In this document: piece after piece, positions 45,310 through 54,067 of the stretch
Layout: every line of letters begins with the position of its first letter
Position numbering within the stretch: the first letter of the stretch is position 1
Program-made: the position numbers and the translations under genes
IMG/VR virus record: IMGVR_UViG_3300045988_082442
Location: 96,001 to 160,000 of that record
DNA length: 64,000 bases
Source: a virus
Direction: 5' to 3' (one strand)
The notes under the pieces: model-generated
The model's database searches: none
Seen by the model: the letters and a program-made list of their open reading frames with translations, nothing else
What the model was told of the DNA's origin: nothing

Positions 45310-45390
45310 GAACTATTTTTAATAGATATAAAAGCTTTTTTCGATACCCCAATTTATAAGATAAATAAAACAGAATAGAGGTAGGAAGTT

Positions 45391-47859
45391 ATGAGAAATT
45401 TAGTAGTATTAAGAGGATGCCCAGGTGCAGGGAAATCAACTTGGATAAAAGAAAATGGTTTAGAGCCTTATACATTATGTCCAGATACAATAAGGACAAT
45501 GGTAAGTGCTCCAGTATATACAGAAGAACATGATACTGAGATGACTATATCTCAGCAAAATGAAACTTATACATGGAATTTATTATTTGAATTACTTGAA
45601 AATAGAATGAAGAATGGTGATTTTACAGTAATAGATGCAACACATAGCAGGTCATCAGATTTTAGTAGATATAACGATTTATGTTCTACATATAGATATA
45701 GAAGATATACTGTATCATTTACAGATGTACCAGAAGAAGTATGTAAACAAAGAAATCTGGAAAGAGATGCCTATAAACAGGTACCACCTGAAGTTATAGA
45801 AAAGATGTATGCTAGATTTGCAACACAAAATAAAACAAGTGGATGGACAGAAATTCCAAGAGATAAATTCTGGGAAGTATTTAGTAATAAAGTGTTTGAT
45901 TTTAATAAGTATGAAAAAGTTCATATATTTGGTGATATTCATGGATGTTATGACCCACTAGAACAATATATAGTAGATAGCTATAATGGAGATGATGTAC
46001 ATGAAGATTTAAGCCCAGAAACATTAAAGAATTTATTAAATAAAGATGAGGCTTATATATTTGTAGGTGATTACTTAGATAGAGGATTACAAAATAAAGA
46101 AGTTTTAAAATTTATGATTTCAATATGTCAATTAGATAATGTTTTATGCTTAGAGGGAAATCACGAAAGATATTTATGGTATTGGGCTAATGAACAAGAT
46201 AATGAAATAAGAAGTAAAGAGTTCTTTAATCATACAGTACCACAAATAAGAGGTATATCTCCATCTGATATAAGACAATTTTATAGAAAATTAGGACAAA
46301 TGGCATTATTTACATTTAATAATGAAACATATTTTGTAACACATGGTGGATTATCATTATTACCAGAACACTTACCATTAGTATCAACAAATTGTCTAAT
46401 AAATGGTACAGGAAGATTTAAGTTTCCAATAGATGAAAGATATACAGAAAATATGCAAGGTAAAAATGTATTACAAGTACATGGTCATAGAAATATGGAA
46501 TGTGATTATAAAGGAAAACTACCTTTATCATTCTCACTAGAAGATAGAGTTGAGTTTGGTGGTAATTTTGTAGTATTAGAAATAAATGAGAAAGGTAATT
46601 ACTTCCATAGAATAAAGAATGATACATTTAGGGAACCTGATTATGACAATAAAGAAGAAGAAATAATACCAGCATTTGATATGACAATGGACAATATTGT
46701 AGAAAGAATGAGATTGAATAAGAACATAAAAGAAACAGTGCTACCAGATGGTATATCATCTTTTAACTTTACTAGACAAGCATTTGAAAAAGATAGATGG
46801 AACTCAGAAACAGTTAAAGCAAGGGGATTATTTATAGATACTGAAAACAATAAAATAGTTGCAAGAGGATATGAGAAGTTCTTTAATATAAATGAACAAG
46901 AAAACTGTAAATTATTTAATCTAAAATCATTATTTAATACAGGATTACCTGTAATTGCATATAAGAAGTATAATGGATTTTTAGGAATATTAAGTTATTA
47001 TCATGATGAGTTAAAATTCCATTCAAAATCTACTAATATAGGTGATTATGCAAACTACTTTAAAGACCTATTTTATAAAAGATTTACTGACAAACAAATA
47101 GATATGATTACAGATTATTTAAAGAATAATAATGTATCAATGGTATTTGAAGTTATAGACATAGACAATGACCCACATATCATAGAAGAAAAAGAAAGCA
47201 GAGTAGTTTTATTAGATATAATCAGAAATGAAGTAGAGTTTAGCAGATTACCTTATGACCAGTTATTACTTTTAGCAAACTTATGGGGAATAAAAGAAGA
47301 TGGTGTAAAACAAATATATAAAGAATTTACATCATACAGAGAGTTGACTGAGTTCTATGAAATACATAAAGATGATAAAAACTTTAATGATATTGATATA
47401 GAAGGAGTTGTAATAGAATGTGGTAACTTTATGACAAAGCTTAAATTTAATTATTATAGATTCTGGAAGGGTATGAGAAGTGTTGCAGAAAAATTACAAA
47501 GTGGAAGAGATAATGTAAAATTAAGTATGTTATACAATGCAACTGCAAACTATTTCTATAAGTTTGTAAAAGATATGGTAGAAGAAAAACAGTTAGAACT
47601 TCTAAAAATAAAAGATACATTAGGATTGGGAGATATAAATGCTGGTGATTTAAGAAGAGCAGAATTAGACTTTGAAAATAATATGATTACAATTCATAAA
47701 AGAGATAGAAGAGCTTATTATATAGGAAATGATATTACAGCAGAAAATGTTATTACAGCAACAACAACCCCAGAAATAATGAACAAACTATCAGAACTAC
47801 AAAAATCAAAGGATATAATAACATTAAGAAACGAATATTATAGAAATGGTGGTGTTTAA
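45391..47859 (+). CDS. Pnkp-like RNA repair enzyme (polynucleotide kinase, metallophosphatase, RNA ligase)
   Basis: Walker A GCPGAGKST; GDIHGC, GDYLDRG, GNHE, HGH; ligase motif I AYKKYNGFLG; the same domain order as bacterial Pnkp. Confidence 0.75.
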   Translation: MRNLVVLRGCPGAGKSTWIKENGLEPYTLCPDTIRTMVSAPVYTEEHDTEMTISQQNETYTWNLLFELLENRMKNGDFTVIDATHSRSSDFSRYNDLCSTYRYRRYTVSFTDVPEEVCKQRNLERDAYKQVPPEVIEKMYARFATQNKTSGWTEIPRDKFWEVFSNKVFDFNKYEKVHIFGDIHGCYDPLEQYIVDSYNGDDVHEDLSPETLKNLLNKDEAYIFVGDYLDRGLQNKEVLKFMISICQLDNVLCLEGNHERYLWYWANEQDNEIRSKEFFNHTVPQIRGISPSDIRQFYRKLGQMALFTFNNETYFVTHGGLSLLPEHLPLVSTNCLINGTGRFKFPIDERYTENMQGKNVLQVHGHRNMECDYKGKLPLSFSLEDRVEFGGNFVVLEINEKGNYFHRIKNDTFREPDYDNKEEEIIPAFDMTMDNIVERMRLNKNIKETVLPDGISSFNFTRQAFEKDRWNSETVKARGLFIDTENNKIVARGYEKFFNINEQENCKLFNLKSLFNTGLPVIAYKKYNGFLGILSYYHDELKFHSKSTNIGDYANYFKDLFYKRFTDKQIDMITDYLKNNNVSMVFEVIDIDNDPHIIEEKESRVVLLDIIRNEVEFSRLPYDQLLLLANLWGIKEDGVKQIYKEFTSYRELTEFYEIHKDDKNFNDIDIEGVVIECGNFMTKLKFNYYRFWKGMRSVAEKLQSGRDNVKLSMLYNATANYFYKFVKDMVEEKQLELLKIKDTLGLGDINAGDLRRAELDFENNMITIHKRDRRAYYIGNDITAENVITATTTPEIMNKLSELQKSKDIITLRNEYYRNGGV

Positions 47860-47860
47860 T

Positions 47861-48076
47861 ATGGGGTTAATAGGATACTATATATCTAACCTATTGTGTA
47901 ATATACTTATACTAGCAATGGTTGTAGTGGTGTTGATTATTTCAATACCACTTGCAGTTATAATATCATTATGTGAGGTTGTAGGTACATTAGGTATATT
48001 CCTAAATAAGTTATTAGATAGCCTTATTCAGAAAACAGATAATTTAATAAAAGTATTAAAAACAAAGGAGAATTAG
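47861..48076 (+). CDS. small membrane protein
   Basis: ATG 47861; two hydrophobic segments. Confidence 0.5.
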   Translation: MGLIGYYISNLLCNILILAMVVVVLIISIPLAVIISLCEVVGTLGIFLNKLLDSLIQKTDNLIKVLKTKEN

Positions 48077-48078
48077 AA

Positions 48079-48258
48079 ATGGAAGATTGGTTAAATAGAA
48101 TTGTAAAATGTCCATGGTGTAAGCAAGATGTTAGAGATGGTGATAGAATTTGGTTAGATGGGGAATGCCTATGTCCAGAATGCTATCAGCATAAAAGACA
48201 GAAATATGATGACTTAAAAAGAAGTGGTTATGAACAAGCAAAGAAAGAATCAAGGTAA
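48079..48258 (+). CDS. small zinc-ribbon protein (below the ORF-track cutoff)
   Basis: Hand-translated MEDWLNRIVKCPWCKQ...CLCPECYQHK..., 59 aa; RBS AAGGAG. Confidence 0.5.
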   Translation: MEDWLNRIVKCPWCKQDVRDGDRIWLDGECLCPECYQHKRQKYDDLKRSGYEQAKKESR

Positions 48259-48275
48259 TACAGAGGAGTGATATT

Positions 48276-48815
48276 ATGTTTATAGGAAAAGAGTTAAGAA
48301 GTGTAAAAACTGGAAAACAAATATTAGTACCATTTTGTAATGAATGTAATTCACAGAATATAGAAACTATACAAGTATGTCGTAACTGTGGCTCGCATAA
48401 TATAAAGGTAGACTGGCAAGATGATAGAAGCATAAAAGATGAATATGAGGATAGATGTGCTTATATCTATAAATGTGATTCATGTGGGGAAGAATATGAT
48501 GGATTACAACATGCTAATGTTATATCTTATTCAACAGGTGAATTTATAAGTGGGGAATCTGAATATTCAGAAAAGAAATACAGCATGAAGAGAGATTTAT
48601 GTCCAAAGTGTACTAAAATGCTTATCAACACATTAAATGCTAGAATAGAAGAAATTATAGATGAGGATAATGTTATGAATATAGCAGATAATATCACAGA
48701 TAAAACAGAAACTAAAGAAAGTGAACAATGTCAAACCTGTGCAAAATATGAATATTGCACAATGAGAAAAGATAAAGAGTTCTGTTATGAATATGATAGA
48801 GAGGGTGATTTATAA
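48276..48815 (+). CDS. multi-zinc-ribbon protein
   Basis: CNECN...CRNCG, CDSCG, CPKC, CQTC. Confidence 0.5.
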   Translation: MFIGKELRSVKTGKQILVPFCNECNSQNIETIQVCRNCGSHNIKVDWQDDRSIKDEYEDRCAYIYKCDSCGEEYDGLQHANVISYSTGEFISGESEYSEKKYSMKRDLCPKCTKMLINTLNARIEEIIDEDNVMNIADNITDKTETKESEQCQTCAKYEYCTMRKDKEFCYEYDREGDL

Positions 48816-49186
48816 TGAGTTTTGCAGTAACTGGTTTGACACATTGTTCTAGTTGTGGAACACCATTAGGCATGAACGAATATGGATATTGTGCAAGTTG
48901 TCAGGAAAAGATAGATAAACAAAAAGAAAAGGATAAAAAACAACATGAGAAAGATATGTTTAAAGCAGAAATTTTAGGCGAGGTTAAAGAAGTTCTAAAC
49001 AAGAACATATTAGATGAATTAGCTAAAATGAGAGGTACTATAAATGAGATGAATATACCAACTAGAAAACCAGATGATATAGATTGGGATAGATGGTATG
49101 CAGATATTGGGCAACAGGTAGTATCAGAATCATTAAAAGGTAATAAATGTATCTTAGTAAATTTTATCAATAATAAAAATAAATAA
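48815..49186 (+). CDS. zinc-ribbon protein
   Basis: CSSCG...CASCQ. Confidence 0.5.
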   Translation: MSFAVTGLTHCSSCGTPLGMNEYGYCASCQEKIDKQKEKDKKQHEKDMFKAEILGEVKEVLNKNILDELAKMRGTINEMNIPTRKPDDIDWDRWYADIGQQVVSESLKGNKCILVNFINNKNK

Positions 49187-49193
49187 TAAATAT

Positions 49194-49243
49194 AAGGATA
49201 ATTTTACAATCCTTACAGGAAACTGTGAACTGTGTAATTTAAT
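49194..49243 (+). ncRNA. CRISPR leader module L7
   Basis: AAGGAT-aattttaca-ATCCTT, ACAG-gaaa-CTGT (compensatory relative to GCAG/CTGC), GAACTGTGTAATTTAAT. Confidence 0.7.
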
Positions 49244-49673
49244 ATCCTATAGCTATATAAAATGACACAGATGTGAAAGTATTGCAACATTAAAATACCC
49301 TATTTTTGGGGTTTTATGGCTATATAAAATAACACAGATGTGAAAGAGGGATTTTGTTTTGTTAGCATTTATTTCTGTTTTATAGCTATATAAAATGACA
49401 CAGATGTGAAAGTCTGGAACAAATCTTGAAAAGTCCAGCTTTGTTTTATGGCTATATAAAATAACACAGGTGTGAAATAATTCAAAGTATTGTTCAAATA
49501 GTTTCTGTGTTTTATAGTTATATAAAATGACACAGATGTGAAAGGAATACTAAAATAAAGTAGCAATTGAGCTAGTTCTATAGCTATATAAAATGACACA
49601 GATATGAAAGTTAAGCTCATGAATGATAGCAACAATAGTTTTATAGATATATAAGAAGCAGAAAGGAGAAAAT
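49244..49673 (+). CRISPR. mini-array 5: 6 good repeats plus a degenerate terminal repeat; spacers 31, 30, 30, 30, 30 and 27 nt
   Basis: Repeats at 49244, 49311, 49377, 49443, 49509, 49575 (for example GTTTTATAGCTATATAAAATGACACAGATGTGAAAG at 49377); terminal GTTTTATAGATATATAAGAAGCAGAAAGGAGAAAAT at 49638. Confidence 0.9.
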
Positions 49674-49676
49674 TAA

Positions 49677-50111
49677 ATGAAAGAAAGATTAATATGTGAT
49701 TTAAAGGAAGCAATGAAGAATAAAGATGTAATTGCTAAAAATACAATACAAAGTATTAGGGCTTCTATACTACAGTATGAAAAAGATAATCATACAGAAG
49801 CAACTAATAAACAAATAGAGGATATATTGGTTAAAGAAAGGAAGAAAAGAGTAGATGCATTAGAACAATTCCAAAAAGCAAATAGGGAAGATTTAATACA
49901 TCAAACAGAAATGGAAATACAAATAATAGAGGGATATTTACCAGAGCAAATGTCAGAAGAAGAAATAAGAGAAAGACTATCTGAAACAATATCTCAAATG
50001 AATGCTGATAAATCAATGTTTGGACAAATAATGAAAATGGCAAAAGAAGAATTTGGAAATACAGCAGATGGTAAGACACTTAGTACAATATTGAAAGAAT
50101 TATTAAACTAA
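49677..50111 (+). CDS. GatB/YqeY-domain protein
   Basis: Full-length YqeY-like pattern: LKEAMKNKD...IRASILQYEKD...VKERKKRVDALEQFQKANREDL...EIQIIEGYLP...MFGQIMKMAKEEFGNTADGKTLSTILKELL. Confidence 0.8.
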   Translation: MKERLICDLKEAMKNKDVIAKNTIQSIRASILQYEKDNHTEATNKQIEDILVKERKKRVDALEQFQKANREDLIHQTEMEIQIIEGYLPEQMSEEEIRERLSETISQMNADKSMFGQIMKMAKEEFGNTADGKTLSTILKELLN

Positions 50112-50133
50112 TAAATATTGAGGGGGTTAAATA

Positions 50134-51057
50134 ATGAGTGAAGATGCAGTAAGTAAGATGAGGGATATAATGGATAGATTTGCAAAAATTTATACACCAG
50201 AATATCTAGCAGAATTAAGCTTAAGGAGTTATATAGAAGATAGAGAATATCCAGAAAACTTCTCAAACTGGTACCCACATATATTAAATTTTGGAAAATT
50301 TAGTAATGCAGAGGTTATATCTAATCAAATATTGACACATGGGCAAGTAGAAATATTACAAGAAACAGATGATATAAACAATGTAAATTGGGATAAATGT
50401 GCAGAAGTATTTAAACCTACATTGGATGTAATGAAACCAAATGTAATATATAGTATAAAGAATGGTTGCTTTTCAAATAAGTTTGACTTTGAAACCTGTG
50501 TTACAGATAAGAGAGACTTTGTAGAGAAAATGTGGAAAATAAATTATGCATCATCAATGTTTGAAACAGGTGGATATACAGAAGTAGTAGTTAGAAAATA
50601 TATACCATCAGACCCAAGTAAGTATTTAACTATATATAATGGTATGCCTTTAAGAACAGAGGTTAGAGTATTTTATAATATGATAACAAAGAAAATAGAA
50701 TACATAAAAGATTACTGGGATTATGATTACTGTGTTGACAATATACATAACTTAACAGATAAAGTAGCCTTTAACTATTTTCATAATAAAATGGCTATGA
50801 GTAGTGATTTGGTTATAAATCTTTTTAGACATGAGGCAGAACTAGATAAAGTAAAAGATTTCATAATAGACAATATTGAAACATTAAGATTTGATGGGGA
50901 GCTAGGTAAGATAGAACCTATATGGAGTATTGACTTTATGTATGATGCTGATACAGAAGATGTTTATTTAATTGATATGGCAAGAGGGTTTAGGTCAGCA
51001 TATTGGGATGTAAATCTATTAAGTAAAGAAACACAGGAGGAATTACAAAAGAGGTAG
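50134..51057 (+). CDS. hypothetical protein, possibly ATP-grasp-like
   Basis: C-terminal WSIDFMYDADTEDVYLIDMARG resembles phage ATP-grasp (R2K-type) ends; weak. Confidence 0.4.
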   Translation: MSEDAVSKMRDIMDRFAKIYTPEYLAELSLRSYIEDREYPENFSNWYPHILNFGKFSNAEVISNQILTHGQVEILQETDDINNVNWDKCAEVFKPTLDVMKPNVIYSIKNGCFSNKFDFETCVTDKRDFVEKMWKINYASSMFETGGYTEVVVRKYIPSDPSKYLTIYNGMPLRTEVRVFYNMITKKIEYIKDYWDYDYCVDNIHNLTDKVAFNYFHNKMAMSSDLVINLFRHEAELDKVKDFIIDNIETLRFDGELGKIEPIWSIDFMYDADTEDVYLIDMARGFRSAYWDVNLLSKETQEELQKR

Positions 51058-51086
51058 AATAATATACTAAAATGGAGGTAATTTAT

Positions 51087-52088
51087 ATGAGTAAGGGTAT
51101 TGAAGAAAGTAAAAGTATTGAAGAAGTAAAAGATACTAGAGATAACAGAAAGTCTAAAATAAATATGACAAAACTGTTAGGCAGTATTAGTGGAATTAAG
51201 GTAAATCAAAACAGGAGTGAGAAAGTTTCAGTTTATAGAATTACTGGGAAAGATGGTAAAAAGGTGATTTTATCATCAAGACAGCTAGTTTCAAATAGCA
51301 TATCTAAGTTTAAAGAAACTTATTCTTATTTTTGGAGTAAGTTAGCTGAGTATGGACCTAAAGAATTTAAGGCAGAGGTTATAGCAGAATTTCCAGCAAA
51401 GTATCCAGATAGTGATACAAAAAATGTAAGAGGTATAAAAAGTAGGATAGAAAAGATTATCTGGGATGAATTAGCATTTTATAATTTAAATCCCAATTAT
51501 GTTGTAAGGGGGAGCAACAGAACTGGTTATACACCCCTATTTATTAGTGTTGTAAATTATCACAAAACAGATATGCAAGAAGAGTCTAAGGTTATAGCAG
51601 ATAAAGCAGGTATAAGTGAATCTGAGATAAGTTTAATAGTAAATGGTAAAAAGGGTAATTGTCAACCTATGGAACTTATATCAAATAATGGTAACATACC
51701 TTATTGTTATATAAAAACAGCGTTAAATAATACCAAATCTAGTGAGGTAGATAATAATGCAGATAGTACTGAGGTTATAAATGCTAGTAATGAAGCAGAT
51801 ATTAAAATAAGTCAGACACCAGATAAGTTTATATATGAGGTTAAAGATGGTGCAATATCTGAATATAGGGTATTAAATAAAAAACAATGTACCTTATATT
51901 ATTTAGATAGACCATTAAATGGAAAAACAATATTAGAGGAAGATAAGATATTAGAAAATGCTTTATTATTTACAAATAGGGAAGAAGCTGAGAATATGTT
52001 AAATAATCAAATTGATGAATTTAATAAAAGAATAAGTGGTTTGCCAAGGTGGTTTGTAAAGAAAGCATTATCAAAGGAGGAAAACTAA
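51087..52088 (+). CDS. hypothetical protein
   Basis: ATG 51087 (MSKGIEESK) after GGAGG. Confidence 0.5.
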   Translation: MSKGIEESKSIEEVKDTRDNRKSKINMTKLLGSISGIKVNQNRSEKVSVYRITGKDGKKVILSSRQLVSNSISKFKETYSYFWSKLAEYGPKEFKAEVIAEFPAKYPDSDTKNVRGIKSRIEKIIWDELAFYNLNPNYVVRGSNRTGYTPLFISVVNYHKTDMQEESKVIADKAGISESEISLIVNGKKGNCQPMELISNNGNIPYCYIKTALNNTKSSEVDNNADSTEVINASNEADIKISQTPDKFIYEVKDGAISEYRVLNKKQCTLYYLDRPLNGKTILEEDKILENALLFTNREEAENMLNNQIDEFNKRISGLPRWFVKKALSKEEN

Positions 52089-52345
52089 TGTCAAAGAACA
52101 ATTCATATAAAATAGGTGATAAGTTTTATAGATATAATAAAAAGACAAAAGAATTAGAAGAATTAGAGATAGCCAACATACAATATGTCTTTAATAAGAA
52201 AATAGGTTCTAGGGCGAATTTCACAACAGATGAAATACATAAATTGTTAGAGGATGGAGTAGTAACAAATAATATTGATATTCTAAAAAGAGAGGCAATA
52301 TCAAAATTAGAGGAACAGTTTGGAATAAAACTAAAAGAAGTATAA
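52088..52345 (+). CDS. hypothetical protein
   Basis: ATG 52088 (MSKNNSYKIG) after AAGGAGG. Confidence 0.5.
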   Translation: MSKNNSYKIGDKFYRYNKKTKELEELEIANIQYVFNKKIGSRANFTTDEIHKLLEDGVVTNNIDILKREAISKLEEQFGIKLKEV

Positions 52346-52358
52346 GGGGGTTATAATT

Positions 52359-52820
52359 ATGAGTGATTCAAAAGTATGGGTAAATTTAAAAGAAGTATGT
52401 GATATAGCAGAATTAAAACCAGACCAAATGATATGGTGTATAGGAGATGATGGAGATTTTCTAACAGAAGCACACTCTATAAAAGAAACAATAGGAAGTT
52501 TTGATTGGAATGGTATTCAATTTGCATTAGTATCATCAGGTAATGAAAAAGATGAAGGTGAAAAAGTAATAGCAGAGGAAAACCCAGATAAAACAGTAGA
52601 ACCAAGTGCAGATGGATTTCAAATATCTAAAAGAAGAACCAGACAGGCAGTAAAGATATTTAAAGGTGCAGATAGTGAAATATTAGAAGAGAAGATAAAT
52701 GAGTTCTTAGATACTTTATCAGAAGTAGTAAATATAAAATATTCAACATCTGTTGCATCAAGAGGAAATGTAGATGTTATGATGTATTCTGTTTTAATTC
52801 ACTATCTAAAGGAGGATTAA
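52359..52820 (+). CDS. hypothetical protein
   Basis: 153-aa ORF. Confidence 0.5.
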   Translation: MSDSKVWVNLKEVCDIAELKPDQMIWCIGDDGDFLTEAHSIKETIGSFDWNGIQFALVSSGNEKDEGEKVIAEENPDKTVEPSADGFQISKRRTRQAVKIFKGADSEILEEKINEFLDTLSEVVNIKYSTSVASRGNVDVMMYSVLIHYLKED

Positions 52821-52823
52821 TCA

Positions 52824-53273
52824 ATGGGGATGTATGATACAATAAACCCTGCATTAGCAAAAAGAATAATAACACATTGTCCTATTTGTGATAAGTACCT
52901 ATATAATAGTGATGATGTAGAATGGCAAACAAAATGTTTTAGTAATATTTTAAAAGAAATAAATTTAGAGGATATACATCGTGATACATTTGAAATGCAT
53001 GTAATATGCCCTAATTGTAATCAATATTTTAGTATAGACGTAAATTTAAAAGAAGGTAATTTTACTGCACAGAGTAACTTTGATTTTGATGTAGGGGATA
53101 CCTATATTAGACCTTTTGAAGATACATCTTTAACATCAGATTATATAGTTTTAAAAAGTCAAAGGCTATTCAATAATGGTATTAAAGAATGGCTAGAGTT
53201 AAATTCAGTAGATATATGTGATATGGAAGGATTTTATATTATACCTAAATCAGTATTAAATAAAAATGCTTGA
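52824..53273 (+). CDS. zinc-ribbon protein
   Basis: CPICD...CPNCN; RBS AAGGAGGA. Confidence 0.5.
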   Translation: MGMYDTINPALAKRIITHCPICDKYLYNSDDVEWQTKCFSNILKEINLEDIHRDTFEMHVICPNCNQYFSIDVNLKEGNFTAQSNFDFDVGDTYIRPFEDTSLTSDYIVLKSQRLFNNGIKEWLELNSVDICDMEGFYIIPKSVLNKNA

Positions 53274-53328
53274 CAGAAAAATACTTGACAAAAAAATGCT
53301 TGACATAATATCAAATTTATTATATAAT
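53262..53328 (+). promoter_or_regulatory. triple TGCTTGACA / ACTTGACA -35 cluster ending in a consensus TTGACA-17-TATAAT promoter
   Basis: TTGACA at 53270, 53285 and 53300 (15-nt phasing); the third is followed by 17 nt and TATAAT at 53323-53328. Confidence 0.7.
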
Positions 53329-53412
53329 ACAATTAGGGAATGTAAATCCCCAAGAAATGATATTATATAAGTATATAGAATACTATGTCAGATGTAAGGA
53401 GGTGTAATACAA

Positions 53413-53928
53413 ATGGAAGGAAAAAGAGGTAGACCTAGAAAAGGTGTCATCATAGAAAAGGATATAGAATATTCTAATGCAAGAGTAAAAATAGCACATT
53501 ATGTAAGAAGAAACAATATAGAAAAGAAATGTGTAATATGTGGTAAAGAAGGAGAAATAATGCACAATAGAGAAAATCCATATATGATAGCATTTATCTG
53601 TAACGAATGTAGAAAAGACCCAAAGAAAGAAAAGTTAGCAGAGAAAAGAAGATTTGATATTAGAAATAAAGTATCTAAAAAAGGTACACATATATTAAAA
53701 ACAAGTACAGATGAGTATATTACAAAAGTAGTGGACGATTATCTAAAAGATGTATTACCAATTAGAGAATATTGTGATAAAATAGGGGTTTCTAATAGAC
53801 AATTCCATACAATATTAAACAGATATAAAGAGATACATCCAAATCAACCAGTAGATGACTTTATAAAAAGTCATAGAAATACAGTACACAGAAAGAGAAT
53901 AGAAGCATATAAACAAGTAGATGTATAA
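53413..53928 (+). CDS. putative DNA-binding regulator (AT-hook-like N-terminus, Zn ribbon, C-terminal HTH)
   Basis: KRGRPRKG; CVICG...CNECR; IREYCDKIGVSNRQFHTILNRYKE. Confidence 0.5.
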   Translation: MEGKRGRPRKGVIIEKDIEYSNARVKIAHYVRRNNIEKKCVICGKEGEIMHNRENPYMIAFICNECRKDPKKEKLAEKRRFDIRNKVSKKGTHILKTSTDEYITKVVDDYLKDVLPIREYCDKIGVSNRQFHTILNRYKEIHPNQPVDDFIKSHRNTVHRKRIEAYKQVDV

Positions 53929-53937
53929 TTAGATAAA

Positions 53938-53969
53938 ATTGTAGATAAAAAATATCTACAATTTTTTTA
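53938..53969 (+). terminator. intrinsic terminator
   Basis: ATTGTAGATA-aaaaa-TATCTACAAT followed by TTTTTTT. Confidence 0.8.
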
Positions 53970-53978
53970 TTTTATCTA

Positions 53979-54007
53979 TTGACAAATAAAAATATCTATT
54001 ATATAAT
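53979..54007 (+). promoter_or_regulatory. consensus sigma-A-type promoter with flanking AAATATC/GATATTT palindromes
   Basis: TTGACA (53979-84), 17 nt, TATAAT (54002-07); downstream AAATATCTAAAAAGATATTTAAGATATTT. Confidence 0.7.
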
Positions 54008-54067
54008 ACAACCAGAGTTAAAAATATCTAAAAAGATATTTAAGATATTTATTAGGAGGTAGTATTT

